Part shown: piece by piece, positions 10,401-19,086 of the stretch | Numbering within the stretch: the first letter of the stretch is position 1 | Layout of the letters: each line of letters opens with the position of its first letter | Virus record (IMG/VR): IMGVR_UViG_3300036791_000807 | Location: 1 to 59,374 of that record | Length of the DNA: 59,374 nt | Strand: one strand, 5' to 3' | From: a virus | Lineage: Duplodnaviria; Caudoviricetes | Notes under the pieces: generated by a model | What the model saw: only the letters and a program-made list of their open reading frames with translations | Told to the model about the DNA's origin: nothing | Databases searched by the model: none | Position numbers and translations under genes: made by a program

Positions 10401-10808
10401 GCGTTCCGGGTCGATCTCGCCGCAGTAAAGCTCGATGCCGAAGATCGGTTTGACCCCTGTCTTCTGAGCCGCCTGCTCGAACTTCACGTGGCTCATAACG
10501 TTTCCATGCTCAGTAAGAGCCAGCGCGGAGCCATTGAGTTCGCCAATTCGCCGGCAATGCGCTTCGGGTAGTGCATATCCGTCGAGGAAGGAATAGGTAC
10601 TGTGATGATGCAGTGAGACGAACCGCATCGGTCTGCAAAGACGAGGATTGCGACGGGTTTTGGTTTCCTTGCGAACAAGCGCCGGATCATCATGCTTATG
10701 CCCATATGCTCCTAGCTTTGCGTGTTCAGGGGATTCGCCGCGCTCAATGCGCCCGGTGGCCCCGAGCTTCGCATGGCCTGGTGACTCGCCTCGTTGAACC
10801 TCAGTCAT
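7425..10808 (-). CDS. dnaE: DNA polymerase III alpha subunit (DnaE-like, family C)
   Basis: PHP domain HHHSTYSFLDG/TEHG/DCHY; GPARGSAAASLV; PDIDLD; HAAGV; KIDLLGL; YAFNFAHS. Start placed at ATG 10808 after a GGGAGA RBS. Confidence 0.95.
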   Translation of the reverse strand: MTEVQRGESPGHAKLGATGRIERGESPEHAKLGAYGHKHDDPALVRKETKTRRNPRLCRPMRFVSLHHHSTYSFLDGYALPEAHCRRIGELNGSALALTEHGNVMSHVKFEQAAQKTGVKPIFGIELYCGEIDPERRTQLKNHLTVIAKDREGYQNVLQLVSRSHSEGFYYEPTVSGSMLREHGAGLIVLSGCQGSLLFTSLVGGKHIPEDGAGYQRGRDVAWRFHRSLGDSYVLEVQAFPSLVKTRQANPMIARISRELGIPMVATLDCHYTMPTEKEMQQVLHSIRGGGKQTPEEQARSWGYAADLCPPMNDRYLLKLLVETGIPRDQAIKAINLTAELAEDCKVTLPHLPMVRYPLPPGYETGWQLFEDWIREGWQYRGFDRLTLREQREYKARLRYEMHMIKEKDFADYFLVVSDLVRYAKDADIGVGPARGSAAASLVCYCLRITEVNPMLFPFLVFDRFIDITRQDLPDIDLDFESTRRGEVVDHLVQKYGREYVSNIGTFATYKSRIALDDVARVYRIPKFEVDAIKDVLLERSSGDLRASATIEDTISEFDQARAVVERHPDIMKATQLEGNVRGFGVHAAGVAVSNQPITSVTSILEREVKKRAVQVIAIDKYDAEQLGILKIDLLGLSAIDALVSMCRMLGERPSFLYDIPIIDDTVIEGFKRNDVVGIFQFEGRAMRMVNGAVKPDDFNEVCHITALARPGPLHNGAVSDYVDIKRGIKRPSLAHPALDGITAFTQWQVVYQEQILRIVREVGNFDWTHAAYIRKIISRKLGDQEFNRQWERFWEGAQELHPDMDEETAKGIWGLCTTAGSYAFNFAHSVSYGYIAWWTMWFKQHHPEFFYAAMLDRADKKTAQGGGAGGSANAKATVTSKAKLDGQVIMLRDAISHNFEILPYDLRESDMTWKNEGVRGLRPGFDQIEGVGPSMAGKIIEWRDGIRDWRGYGWSSLIMVKGIGEKTIDRIVDHATAEDPFGVYRLERMIQAVKDDIPRLELPEPTHQAIDVPYERGEDTEVVWVGVVVHKNLRDIFEVNRARTGEELDPTTVRDPELNEWMLMAGYDGTDLLSLRVTRWRYPVMKDKLWRIVLNEDVLVVRGVKRGWRAAREIQVSDIWVLDAQV

Positions 10809-10914
10809 AGACTCTCCCGACCCAGGCCCATTCGCCCCAGCGAGCATAGCTAGACCAGACAAGTGATGACCAGTAGCACCAGGGGCAGTTCTCGGCCATG
10901 AACAAGGTAATCAT
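10801..10914 (-). CDS. 37-aa CPWC-containing, Trp-rich peptide
   Basis: Read manually (MITLFMAENCPWCYWSSLVW...); start overlaps the upstream stop and its end overlaps the DnaE start. Confidence 0.35.
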   Translation of the reverse strand: MITLFMAENCPWCYWSSLVWSSYARWGEWAWVGRVYD

Positions 10915-11207
10915 CCCGACATTCCTCGTTCGATCTGCTTAACCAAAAAGTCGATGTAGTTGATGAGGTCAATGCCGTCCTCGATAATGACGCGGTCGAG
11001 ACCTTCATGATCGTGACCTTGTTTGATCAGCCGCTCGCGGTTCGCGTAAGCAGCTTCGATCCTCATGATGCGTTCGCGCATCTCGCGAATCTTGTCGGAT
11101 GGCGGCCACTCTAGCCACATCTGTCCGCGAACGGACGACTTGGCTTTGAAGAGGTTCATCGCTTGGGTTAGCACCTTCTGGTGCTCGGCTGCAAAGTCTT
11201 CAACCAA
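10911..11207 (-). CDS. DUF1599 / nucleotide-modification-associated (MazG-like helical) protein
   Basis: Pattern FKAK...GQMW...RIMRI...EDGIDLINY resembles DUF1599 all-alpha NTP pyrophosphatase-like proteins. Confidence 0.6.
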   Translation of the reverse strand: MVEDFAAEHQKVLTQAMNLFKAKSSVRGQMWLEWPPSDKIREMRERIMRIEAAYANRERLIKQGHDHEGLDRVIIEDGIDLINYIDFLVKQIERGMSG

Positions 11208-11850
11208 TGGGTACCCTCCAATGCTGGATCTGCGCCACCATGATTTCGAGGGCGGCGTCTAGGGTTGTCGTGATCGCCGCCGGATCCATAACATTGTACG
11301 GTGTCGCGGCCTGGAACACCTTACCGGGGAATAGCTCCTCAGCAGCTTCGCACATCTCCGCGAGATCGTCCAGGATCATGATGACGCGACTAGGCTCTAC
11401 TCTCTCCGCCAACTGAGCGTACTTCAACTCATCGAAGAGCAGACCATCGTACTCGATCCCGTGACGCCTGAGCCATTCGACTGTATCCGGCACGACGTTG
11501 TCGAGTGAGAGGTAGGGTCGAGTTGTCGTCATCCAAAGTTCAGCACTCATGCCCTTCGCCGTCTCACAAAGCTCGACCGCGCCTGGACGGATCGGCATGG
11601 TACGCTTCATACCTCCCTGTCGGTAGGCGAGCTTGATCTGCCGGTAGGTCTCTAGCTCGATCATGTAAGCACCCATGCACCATGTGCTAAACGGAATCGA
11701 GCCATCATACTGTTCCATGTTCTCGTCGGGATCATACCCCAGCCAATCCTCGGCGAAGCTCAGGAAGTGGTTGTGGTAGTCGCCTAACGTGCCATCAATG
11801 TCAATAGCTACTACTGGCCTGATGATTCGTCCGCAGTCGCTGCAGCGCAT
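11200..11850 (-). CDS. HAD-family 5'(3')-deoxyribonucleotidase-like phosphatase
   Basis: AIDIDGTL (motif I), TTRP (motif II), K and ILDD (motifs III/IV). Confidence 0.85.
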   Translation of the reverse strand: MRCSDCGRIIRPVVAIDIDGTLGDYHNHFLSFAEDWLGYDPDENMEQYDGSIPFSTWCMGAYMIELETYRQIKLAYRQGGMKRTMPIRPGAVELCETAKGMSAELWMTTTRPYLSLDNVVPDTVEWLRRHGIEYDGLLFDELKYAQLAERVEPSRVIMILDDLAEMCEAAEELFPGKVFQAATPYNVMDPAAITTTLDAALEIMVAQIQHWRVPIG

Positions 11851-12598
11851 TGAATGCTCCTTCGTAGACATGGTGAGTCAGGATCTGCTTCTCCCAGACT
11901 CCAAAGCGCCCTAGTTTGACAACATCCGGGTAGCACACGCAGTTTGTCTCTGTTGGCTTGTACCCTTTCGTCAGAATGCAGCCGGCAAGCTCGCCCTTCG
12001 GCTCAAAGCTGTACTCCCAGGACCGATAGCCGTTGATCTCAGAGTAGCGGTAGTAATCCCCCAGATCGCTACCGTTGTAGACCATCATGTCTTGTCCACC
12101 AAGTCGTCCACTCGATGGTCCATGCTTGACCCAGATGTTTTGAGATCTGAACTTGTGTCCCTGGTAGCAGATGGCCGGTCTCGGAATTGTTGAGAAGACG
12201 AGATCGTGTTTCTGAGCCAGCATAGTTATGGTGAGGGGTGCTATTTGCACGTCCATGATACGGTGCGAGTAGAGGTTCCAGAGTCGGTCATAGGCGCTGG
12301 ACAAGTTCCAAGCCTTGATCGTACCTGGCTCAAACTTGTCCCAGGAAACCGGATGCTTCGGGTCACCGTAGACCTTTTCTGCGTATCCTTCGCGAGTACC
12401 CCGCTTGAAGATGCGAATGTTCAATTCCGGTTCGTCGGGGCAGATCACCGGAATGAACTTGTGCAAGAACATCGCCGCGTAGATCTGTGACTTCTCTTTG
12501 CGTGAGTAAATGACCGGATCGAGGCCTGCCCGGACACAGGCATGCATGACCATCAGACCGGATGGCCCACAGCCGAGAATTGCAACCGATGGCGTCAC
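11801..12598 (-). CDS. FAD/NAD-binding oxidoreductase or mutase (Glf/HemY-like)
   Basis: N-terminal VAILGCGPSGL Rossmann motif; C-terminal LGRFGVW. Confidence 0.8.
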   Translation of the reverse strand: MTPSVAILGCGPSGLMVMHACVRAGLDPVIYSRKEKSQIYAAMFLHKFIPVICPDEPELNIRIFKRGTREGYAEKVYGDPKHPVSWDKFEPGTIKAWNLSSAYDRLWNLYSHRIMDVQIAPLTITMLAQKHDLVFSTIPRPAICYQGHKFRSQNIWVKHGPSSGRLGGQDMMVYNGSDLGDYYRYSEINGYRSWEYSFEPKGELAGCILTKGYKPTETNCVCYPDVVKLGRFGVWEKQILTHHVYEGAFNALQRLRTNHQASSSY

Positions 12599-15372
12599 CA
12601 GTGTACGTCCCTAATGACGCTTTGCAGAGTAGGAGATACCACCGAGTCCGCTCCTTCCTTTGAGATCATTCTCATGTTCCACAGCTTGTTGATAACTGCA
12701 TTCGCCTGTTCGCGATCTACATTCAGTGCTTCCTCAAGATCCTGTCGGCGGAAGCGGCTCTTGGTTCGCAAGAGCTTCGACAGACCTCTTCGCTCCAACA
12801 ACAATCTGCGAGCTTCGTCGCGGTGCTCCTCTGCCTCTTCCATCTCTAGGAGCCGTTCGCGTGAGTGCTCGGCATATCCGAACGCTGGCATCTCATAAAG
12901 CATGTTGGTGAATCGAGCCGCGTCTTCGACATGCTCCTTGGTAACGACGACCTTCTCGCATTTTGCGTCAGTACTGAATGTTCTCGCGGCGAGTGCGCAG
13001 GCAACACGAGCGATCTTGATGCGGACGTTCGCGCCCTGGACGAGCGGCGGATCCTCGATGTACTTGTTGCCTAGCTCTAGAGCGAGCCTGTAGACTGCAT
13101 CCTCCGCGCCGCGAGCCCAGACGATCTGTTCTGGTTGTCTCGTCCAGACCCACATGAGAAGAGTGTGACAAGCCTCGCTCGTAAATCTGAGTACGCCTTT
13201 CGGCACCAACGGCTGATTGATTCTCTCGCGAGCTACATCACGCATCGTCACCGACATCGCGAGATCGAAGCGTGCTATGTCCTCGGGGTTACCAATCATC
13301 GGGCCGAGCGCGTCTACGCCGTACGTGTATTGATCCATCGAGCCGGAGCGCGGGTTGCCCATCCAGATAAGCCTTGTGCGGGCAGACGTTGCATCCTGCT
13401 CGATCTTGGTGAGCCTGGCGATACCTGAAGATCGTATGTCAGACATCTTCGATATGTCTTCCGGTCTCAGGCCGCTGATCTCATCAATGACGACGGCTCG
13501 CCGGTCGTTGATCGGGATTACACCCCATGTGATGATCCACTGCTGTCCCGCAACTTGCTGTAGACCACCGACCAAACCGGCGAATGTGGCCGCTTCCCCT
13601 CCGACGATCTCCCCCGCGCCGTAGTGCCGTACAAGTCTCTCAGCTGCTTCGGACTTTCCAGTTCGCGTATCACCCGCGATGATACTCTCAAGCCATCCAT
13701 GATGTTCAACTTTGCCTCCGAATTTGAACGAGAGGACGCTGTGGAACGTTAGGTCGATGAGGGCATGCATCTCGGGTCGGCCGACGATATGCGTTACATG
13801 GTCGGCCAGCTGGCGATTAATCTCGCCAAGCTTCTTGAGCGGACGCTGCCCCTTACGAGGCTTGAACCGCGACATGAGCCTGATAGCCTCGGGCGTGACA
13901 TCAAAGTGATCCACGCTCGTCTCCTGGCGCACGATGTCCCAGACGAGGAACTCGTTGCTCTGGTCGCGAGGATTTGGGTAGAGGGATCCCGTCAATAAGA
14001 CGGTCGAATTGCTAGGAGTGTTGTGTCTTCCGACGCTTGTGATTCGGAGCGTCTTGTACTCGTGAGCTTTTGTCCCGTCGCTGTGGTCGATGGACGGACG
14101 GCCGTAGAGGATCTCAACCGCCTGGTGCTCCTCGATGACGATCTCTAGCCGGTTGCACTTGACTGCCCCGTACTCCTCGCGGATCGCGTCGTGGACCTTC
14201 TCCTTCGATGACTCCATCAGCGAGAGGATCCGGGGAGAGGATGGGTTGACCTCAACTTCGTCCTCGCCTCCGGCCGCGAAGAGAGGACAGATGGGGCATT
14301 TGGTAGGGCCGGCATCCCTGGTACAAACTAGCTTAGCCTTCATTGGGATCGAGTAACCCGGCTCCTTGCGACCCTTGATTGTGACTTGAACTTTGGCTGG
14401 CTCGGCTACCCGCTTGGAGTCAAAGGTGTCCAAGACGGTGATGACTTCTGGCTCTTTTGTTCGAGTCGCGTTCCATGTCCTCGCGTCCGACAGCAATGAC
14501 TCGAAGTCGGCACGGTCGTGTTCCAGCCAGTAGTCGGTCAGATCCTTCCCATGCTTGGGCTCGATCTCGTAGGGCAGGTCAACAACTCGTACGTCAGCGA
14601 TGCGTGAGAGAGCGCGAGCGATCTTACGCATCCCGGCCTGCCCCTCGGCGTCTCGATCCTGGCAGATGTAGACAAGCTTGTCCTTGAAGCTGATGTTCCA
14701 GCGAGGGTACCAGGTCCCAGCGCCAGACGTTCGTGTGACGGTTGGGAAGCCCATTTGTATAGTTAGCAGTGCGTCCCATTCACCTTCGCAAATGACGATA
14801 CGTTCGGCGTCAGCGAGGATCCCGAACGGGTACAACTCTGTCGGTCGCATACCGGCGATGTTCCAGATCTTGGTCGAGCCCTTGGGATGAGGCGTGTACC
14901 GACGGACGTTCCAAATCTCATCCTTGTCACCGTAGACCGGGATGGTGTATACCTCTCGACCGTCATCCCAGCCAATGTCAAAGTCCATAAGTGTCTTGGT
15001 ATGGATTCCGCGCTCGGTGACGAGGTAGTCCAGCGCATACTCGTTCGACAGTAGAGCCGACGCCCAGCCCTTAATCGTAGAGATGTTGACTGATTCAATT
15101 GCCCGGCTGTGTAGCTTATGGCGGTGTCCGCCGTTTGTCGCCGCGACCCCTGGTGGGAACCAACGTGACTTGGCGCGGATGAGGTCAAGTACGCCGCCGC
15201 CACCGCAGCCGCCAAAGCAATACCAGGCTCCCGTAAGCACGTTGATTGATGCTGATCGTTTCTTGTCTTCGTGAATGGGACAGTACATATCCCACTCACC
15301 ATTCTCCTTCGGGCCATTACCGACGAGGTACGGTCGCAGCTGTTTGATGTGCCGCTCACTTACACGTGGCAT
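12595..15372 (-). CDS. DnaG-type primase fused to an MCM-like AAA+ helicase
   Basis: CPIHED..CFGGC Zn finger; TOPRIM CEGEWD/QDRD; Walker A GDTRTGKS; AGLVGG; VVIDE; MGNP; ARFDL arginine finger. Confidence 0.88.
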   Translation of the reverse strand: MPRVSERHIKQLRPYLVGNGPKENGEWDMYCPIHEDKKRSASINVLTGAWYCFGGCGGGGVLDLIRAKSRWFPPGVAATNGGHRHKLHSRAIESVNISTIKGWASALLSNEYALDYLVTERGIHTKTLMDFDIGWDDGREVYTIPVYGDKDEIWNVRRYTPHPKGSTKIWNIAGMRPTELYPFGILADAERIVICEGEWDALLTIQMGFPTVTRTSGAGTWYPRWNISFKDKLVYICQDRDAEGQAGMRKIARALSRIADVRVVDLPYEIEPKHGKDLTDYWLEHDRADFESLLSDARTWNATRTKEPEVITVLDTFDSKRVAEPAKVQVTIKGRKEPGYSIPMKAKLVCTRDAGPTKCPICPLFAAGGEDEVEVNPSSPRILSLMESSKEKVHDAIREEYGAVKCNRLEIVIEEHQAVEILYGRPSIDHSDGTKAHEYKTLRITSVGRHNTPSNSTVLLTGSLYPNPRDQSNEFLVWDIVRQETSVDHFDVTPEAIRLMSRFKPRKGQRPLKKLGEINRQLADHVTHIVGRPEMHALIDLTFHSVLSFKFGGKVEHHGWLESIIAGDTRTGKSEAAERLVRHYGAGEIVGGEAATFAGLVGGLQQVAGQQWIITWGVIPINDRRAVVIDEISGLRPEDISKMSDIRSSGIARLTKIEQDATSARTRLIWMGNPRSGSMDQYTYGVDALGPMIGNPEDIARFDLAMSVTMRDVARERINQPLVPKGVLRFTSEACHTLLMWVWTRQPEQIVWARGAEDAVYRLALELGNKYIEDPPLVQGANVRIKIARVACALAARTFSTDAKCEKVVVTKEHVEDAARFTNMLYEMPAFGYAEHSRERLLEMEEAEEHRDEARRLLLERRGLSKLLRTKSRFRRQDLEEALNVDREQANAVINKLWNMRMISKEGADSVVSPTLQSVIRDVHW

Positions 15373-15448
15373 GATCATTACCCTGGTTAGAAGCGAGGCG
15401 GGTGCGTGTGCACCCGCGCTCGCCAATGGCCTGCTGGCCCATCGGGGA

Positions 15449-16420
15449 TCAGAAAGGCTCGCCCGATGAATCGTCCGCGCGCAGGGCCGCAATCATCTTG
15501 TCCTTCGTCTTGCGGCCGCTGATCTTCAGTTCCGCTCCCTGCTCAAGTCGGGTGTTGATCTCGTCCTTGAGGTCGTCGTCGGGCCACTCGTCGTAATCGT
15601 CGGTTGTCTCACCCTTCTCGGTAGCCGTCGCGCCGTTCTGCGACTCCGCGAAGGAGACGATGTGCTCGATCATCTTCGCTCGCGTCTTGCGTCCGGTCAG
15701 GTTGCCCGAGATCCCGAGGTCATCGATGAACTGCTTGATGTCTTCGTCATCCCACTCCTCGTAGTAGTCGGCATCCGCCTTGAGTTCTTCGAGCAGTTCG
15801 GCATCGATGTCAGCCTGGCCATTGCCTTCGGCTTCGGTCTCCTCTTCTGCCTCGGCCTCGCCTTGGTCTTCCAGGATGGCGTCGATGGCCTTGGCGGAAG
15901 CGAACCGCCCAGAGAGCTTCAGACCGCGAGCTTCCAACTCCTCTTTGAGGTCGTCGATGCTCCAGTCCTCAAGCTCCTCGCGGGTGAGCGGCTCCTCACT
16001 CTCGGACTCGTCTGGAGCCTCATCTTCGCTGACCGTCTCGGATCCCGGCTTGAAGAGGTTCTTGACGCGACCCCGGTAGTTGCCGTCCAGGTCGGTGTCC
16101 GCGGAGACCTTGACCGTGACAGGCTTGCCCTTCAACTTCGCAGGATCGATGTTGCCCTTGGGGGGCAGACCCATCGCGTCGGTAAACTCACGGAGCTTCC
16201 AGGCCGACGCAGGGTTGTCCAGCTGAACGTACGTCCAGAGGCGAGCAAAATCGTCGCCTACGTCAACGATGATTTCCATATCGTTGACGGCTTCGCCACG
16301 GACGTTCTTCGTCCGGTGGGTGACCGAGACGATCTTGCCCTTGTACAGAGCAGGTTGCGGCTGTTCTTGCCCGCCACCCGACTCGACATCAGATACGTCA
16401 TACTTGATTACAGGACTCAA
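15449..16420 (-). CDS. ssDNA-binding protein (DUF669-like) with an acidic, repeat-containing tail
   Basis: OB-like N-terminus (PALYKGKIVSV..KLKGKPVTVKV); acidic C-half; ends GEPF like an SSB tip; follows the AAA ATPase. Confidence 0.7.
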   Translation of the reverse strand: MSPVIKYDVSDVESGGGQEQPQPALYKGKIVSVTHRTKNVRGEAVNDMEIIVDVGDDFARLWTYVQLDNPASAWKLREFTDAMGLPPKGNIDPAKLKGKPVTVKVSADTDLDGNYRGRVKNLFKPGSETVSEDEAPDESESEEPLTREELEDWSIDDLKEELEARGLKLSGRFASAKAIDAILEDQGEAEAEEETEAEGNGQADIDAELLEELKADADYYEEWDDEDIKQFIDDLGISGNLTGRKTRAKMIEHIVSFAESQNGATATEKGETTDDYDEWPDDDLKDEINTRLEQGAELKISGRKTKDKMIAALRADDSSGEPF

Positions 16421-16454
16421 ATTGCTCCCTTCATCGTCTTTGACCTACGCACCT

Positions 16455-17318
16455 TCATTGTTGTCTTGATGGCTCCTCCTTCCTGCGGCGTCTCCTGCGA
16501 GCGATGGGCTGTCCGTTCCGCGCGGGGCGTGCTGGCGCTAGAGCTTCCATCATCTTTGGCAGGGTTGGGTTGATGAGATCTCCGTCACCGAATGGACTCT
16601 TCCCATCCGGCAATTTGAACTGACACTTCGCGTAGTAGCGTTCGGACTTGTTGGTATGCATGACCCGCTGCGTCATCTTCCGGCCGTTCCGCTCGCGCTC
16701 TCTCGTATCCATGAAGGCGACGATGTTCATCATCCCGGAGATCTTGCTGGGCATGTTCTTGCCCTGGATCCAGGGATAGAGCGCCGGTATCGTTAGCTCA
16801 TCGAGCGGGTTGTTCGGCTCGTACCAGAAGCTGTGAGCCGTGATCCCAAGGTTGACGACGCCCGCGCCGACGATGTGACGGATGTACTGCGCGAGTCGCC
16901 ACATATTGACGCGGTACTCGCCGCGATCCGGGCCGAACTGCTCCCGATCCTTACGGGCCTGTGAGCCTGGCGGTCCCTTCTTGTCGAGGACACCCGTGTA
17001 GACGTCATCGAGTCCTACGTCCTGGAGCAGGCTGATCGAGTCGAGCCAACACCAATCCCACTCATGACCCTCGTGGCGGACGTACTCCAGTGTCTCAAAG
17101 ATCTCTTCCCAATCGCGAACGATTGTCTCCTGGACACCGCTGCCTATGATCGGATCGGTATGGTCAATGGGCGGACGGATGAGTAGGATTTTGTAGTCCT
17201 TTCCACCTGTGCCGATAAAGCTTGTTTTGCCGACGCCGATGTCCGCATGGATCATCATGTTGACCTTACTCGACGCGCCGACGGGGTTGATGCTAGGCAT
17301 CCGACTCCGCCCACTCAT
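16455..17318 (-). CDS. AAA_24-type P-loop ATPase (recombination)
   Basis: ADIGVGKTS, WLDSIS, ITAH; sits between the exonuclease and SSB genes. Confidence 0.82.
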   Translation of the reverse strand: MSGRSRMPSINPVGASSKVNMMIHADIGVGKTSFIGTGGKDYKILLIRPPIDHTDPIIGSGVQETIVRDWEEIFETLEYVRHEGHEWDWCWLDSISLLQDVGLDDVYTGVLDKKGPPGSQARKDREQFGPDRGEYRVNMWRLAQYIRHIVGAGVVNLGITAHSFWYEPNNPLDELTIPALYPWIQGKNMPSKISGMMNIVAFMDTRERERNGRKMTQRVMHTNKSERYYAKCQFKLPDGKSPFGDGDLINPTLPKMMEALAPARPARNGQPIARRRRRRKEEPSRQQ

Positions 17319-17487
17319 CCGCCAGGAGCGCGATCTTCTCCTGGTTTTGTATCAGCTGCTCAACGAGGTCCTGCTGCGCCGCCGGGTCCATCATCTGTCG
17401 CTGCTCGGCGTATCGAGTGAGATCATTTGACATCACAACCGCAGCGAGGAACTCAGGGGCGATCTCTAAGCGTGACCTTGCCATCAC
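17293..17487 (-). CDS. hypothetical protein
   Basis: Fills the gap with overlaps on both sides. Confidence 0.5.
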   Translation of the reverse strand: MMARSRLEIAPEFLAAVVMSNDLTRYAEQRQMMDPAAQQDLVEQLIQNQEKIALLADEWAESDA

Positions 17488-18662
17488 CGAGTCTCCTCTG
17501 TGTAGACTTCATGTTCTGAATACGGCAACCACTCTCGGGTTGAATGGTCTAGCATCTCATGCCAGTCGCCTCCCATCTCGTGAACCTCGCAAGTATCAAA
17601 GAGCCAGCACCCTGGGCAGGTGAACATACCTGGGTTCTTGTATGCCTCGGGTGGCGGTGGACTCGTTCCGTCCCGCTCGTTGAGAGAGCGGAGTTCTTCG
17701 ATGTCCTTGAATTCTGCGAACGCTGACTCTCTGGCTAGCTCGCGCTCGTTCCAGTCGCGATAGATGGGCGTGCGAGAGAAGTACGGGGTGGGCTGCTTCT
17801 TGGAGAAGCTCCCGTCCTTGTTGAGGTGAACGCGCTTCCCGTTGACGACTTCAAACGGGCGCTCGTCCGGCATCGCCTTACGGAGATGGTTGTAGAGCAT
17901 GCCCGCCGGTTTCTCGCGGGGAGAGAGCAGCCCCTGCTCATACACCCAATCGAGTCCCCAGGTCCAGTACGCGGTTGCCTGCGCATCGAGAGCGAGGTAC
18001 ATGACCTGGATGGCTTTTGCAGTCTTATGATCGACGATGCTCAGCTTCTTCGACCGACGGTTGCGCCAGATCCCATCGAGGATCCCAACGTAGATGAACC
18101 AAGGCTCAGCGTTTTGCTGAGCCTTAGCGGGGTGATTTGGATCGACCGTCTCCGGGCGATAGATGATCTGTTCAAACGGCTGCTCCGTGACGATGACCTC
18201 CCACTCGTCGTCCGAGCCCCAGAAGTCAACATAGTTGTTGAGCATCGCTTCACCCAGCGTTCCCGCCTCAACCCAAGTCTCATCGTCCTCGATGTCCCGA
18301 ACCTTGAAGCCGAACTGCTCCTGCAGCTTCAACTCCGCGTCGTAGTGCTTGCGAAAAGAAGCGGCCGGATGAGGGCCGCGCTTCTGACCTGGTATGTAGT
18401 AGTCGGCCAACGCTTTGTGGACGAGCGAGCCGAACCTGAGGGGAGGTACATCGGTCGTGGGCTTGAGGGTCTCCTCAAACTCAAACCACCACTTCCAACG
18501 GCAACGCTTGAACGTCGAACGCTCTGACGTACGAAGCATAGGGAGACCGGCAGCGGTCGGGCGGCCGTTGCCAGTCCCCACACTCGCAAGGCTGACACTA
18601 CTACCGGTCTCCTTATGCCTCGCACGTCGTTGCGCTCGCGTCCTGTTCCGCGTCACGGACAA
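17484..18662 (-). CDS. Cas4/RecB-like PD-(D/E)XK exonuclease
   Basis: FKRCRWKW, FGSLVH, GILD..IVDHKT, QATAY, C-terminal CPGCWLFDTC. Confidence 0.85.
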   Translation of the reverse strand: MSVTRNRTRAQRRARHKETGSSVSLASVGTGNGRPTAAGLPMLRTSERSTFKRCRWKWWFEFEETLKPTTDVPPLRFGSLVHKALADYYIPGQKRGPHPAASFRKHYDAELKLQEQFGFKVRDIEDDETWVEAGTLGEAMLNNYVDFWGSDDEWEVIVTEQPFEQIIYRPETVDPNHPAKAQQNAEPWFIYVGILDGIWRNRRSKKLSIVDHKTAKAIQVMYLALDAQATAYWTWGLDWVYEQGLLSPREKPAGMLYNHLRKAMPDERPFEVVNGKRVHLNKDGSFSKKQPTPYFSRTPIYRDWNERELARESAFAEFKDIEELRSLNERDGTSPPPPEAYKNPGMFTCPGCWLFDTCEVHEMGGDWHEMLDHSTREWLPYSEHEVYTEETR

Positions 18663-18741
18663 TTCAAATCCCCTTTGGTTTGCTGGCCCTGCCCCGGAGT
18701 CGAAATGGCTGGGGAATCCGGAGGAGGGAATAGCCTACCGG

Positions 18742-18770
18742 ATCCGAGATGTGAAGTAAAGCCCGGTTTT
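18742..18770 (-). promoter_or_regulatory. sigma70-like promoter for the replication genes
   Basis: TTTACT-tcacatctcggatccgg(17)-TAGGCT on the minus strand; the spacer resembles those at 33932 and 35766. Confidence 0.6.
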
Positions 18771-18798
18771 TCCCGGTATTTCCGCTCGCAGGATGGCC

Positions 18799-19077
18799 CT
18801 AGTCGCGGCCGAAGCCGAGCGGCAACTCGATCCCTTCTGCCTCATCAATCGCGGTCTCTGCCTCACTCAGGCAGTCAAAGTCGAGATCCACAACTGCACT
18901 GAGCTTCTCTCCGAGCGCGGAGTTGGCGAGGTTCTCTGGCAGATTGCCCTGCCAGTCCTCGTACTCGGATTTGATCTCATCCAAGGTCTCCATCGCGGCC
19001 CTGAGGTTGTCCAATGCAACACGAGCCTCACCTGCCGCAGTCAACCAGCGGGTGGAACGGCTTAGTGGTTTTGGCAT
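18799..19077 (-). CDS. hypothetical helical protein
   Basis: 92-aa ORF with AAGGAGG RBS. Confidence 0.7.
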   Translation of the reverse strand: MPKPLSRSTRWLTAAGEARVALDNLRAAMETLDEIKSEYEDWQGNLPENLANSALGEKLSAVVDLDFDCLSEAETAIDEAEGIELPLGFGRD

Positions 19078-19086
19078 GTGTCCTCC

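Noticed and set aside
7425-10808. Intein in DnaE
   Set aside because: The length is normal and there are no C...HN splice motifs; only a short Gly/Ala-rich insertion (KKTAQGGGAGGSANAK) is present.
15662-16573. Long antisense ORFs (for example 15662-16573, 43318-44478, 17826-18527)
   Set aside because: They are shadows of real genes on the opposite strand in GC-rich DNA, with no RBS or motifs.
17484-18662. Cas4-like nuclease as evidence of a CRISPR system
   Set aside because: It is a solo nuclease in the standard nuclease-ATPase-SSB recombination cluster, with no cas1 or array.
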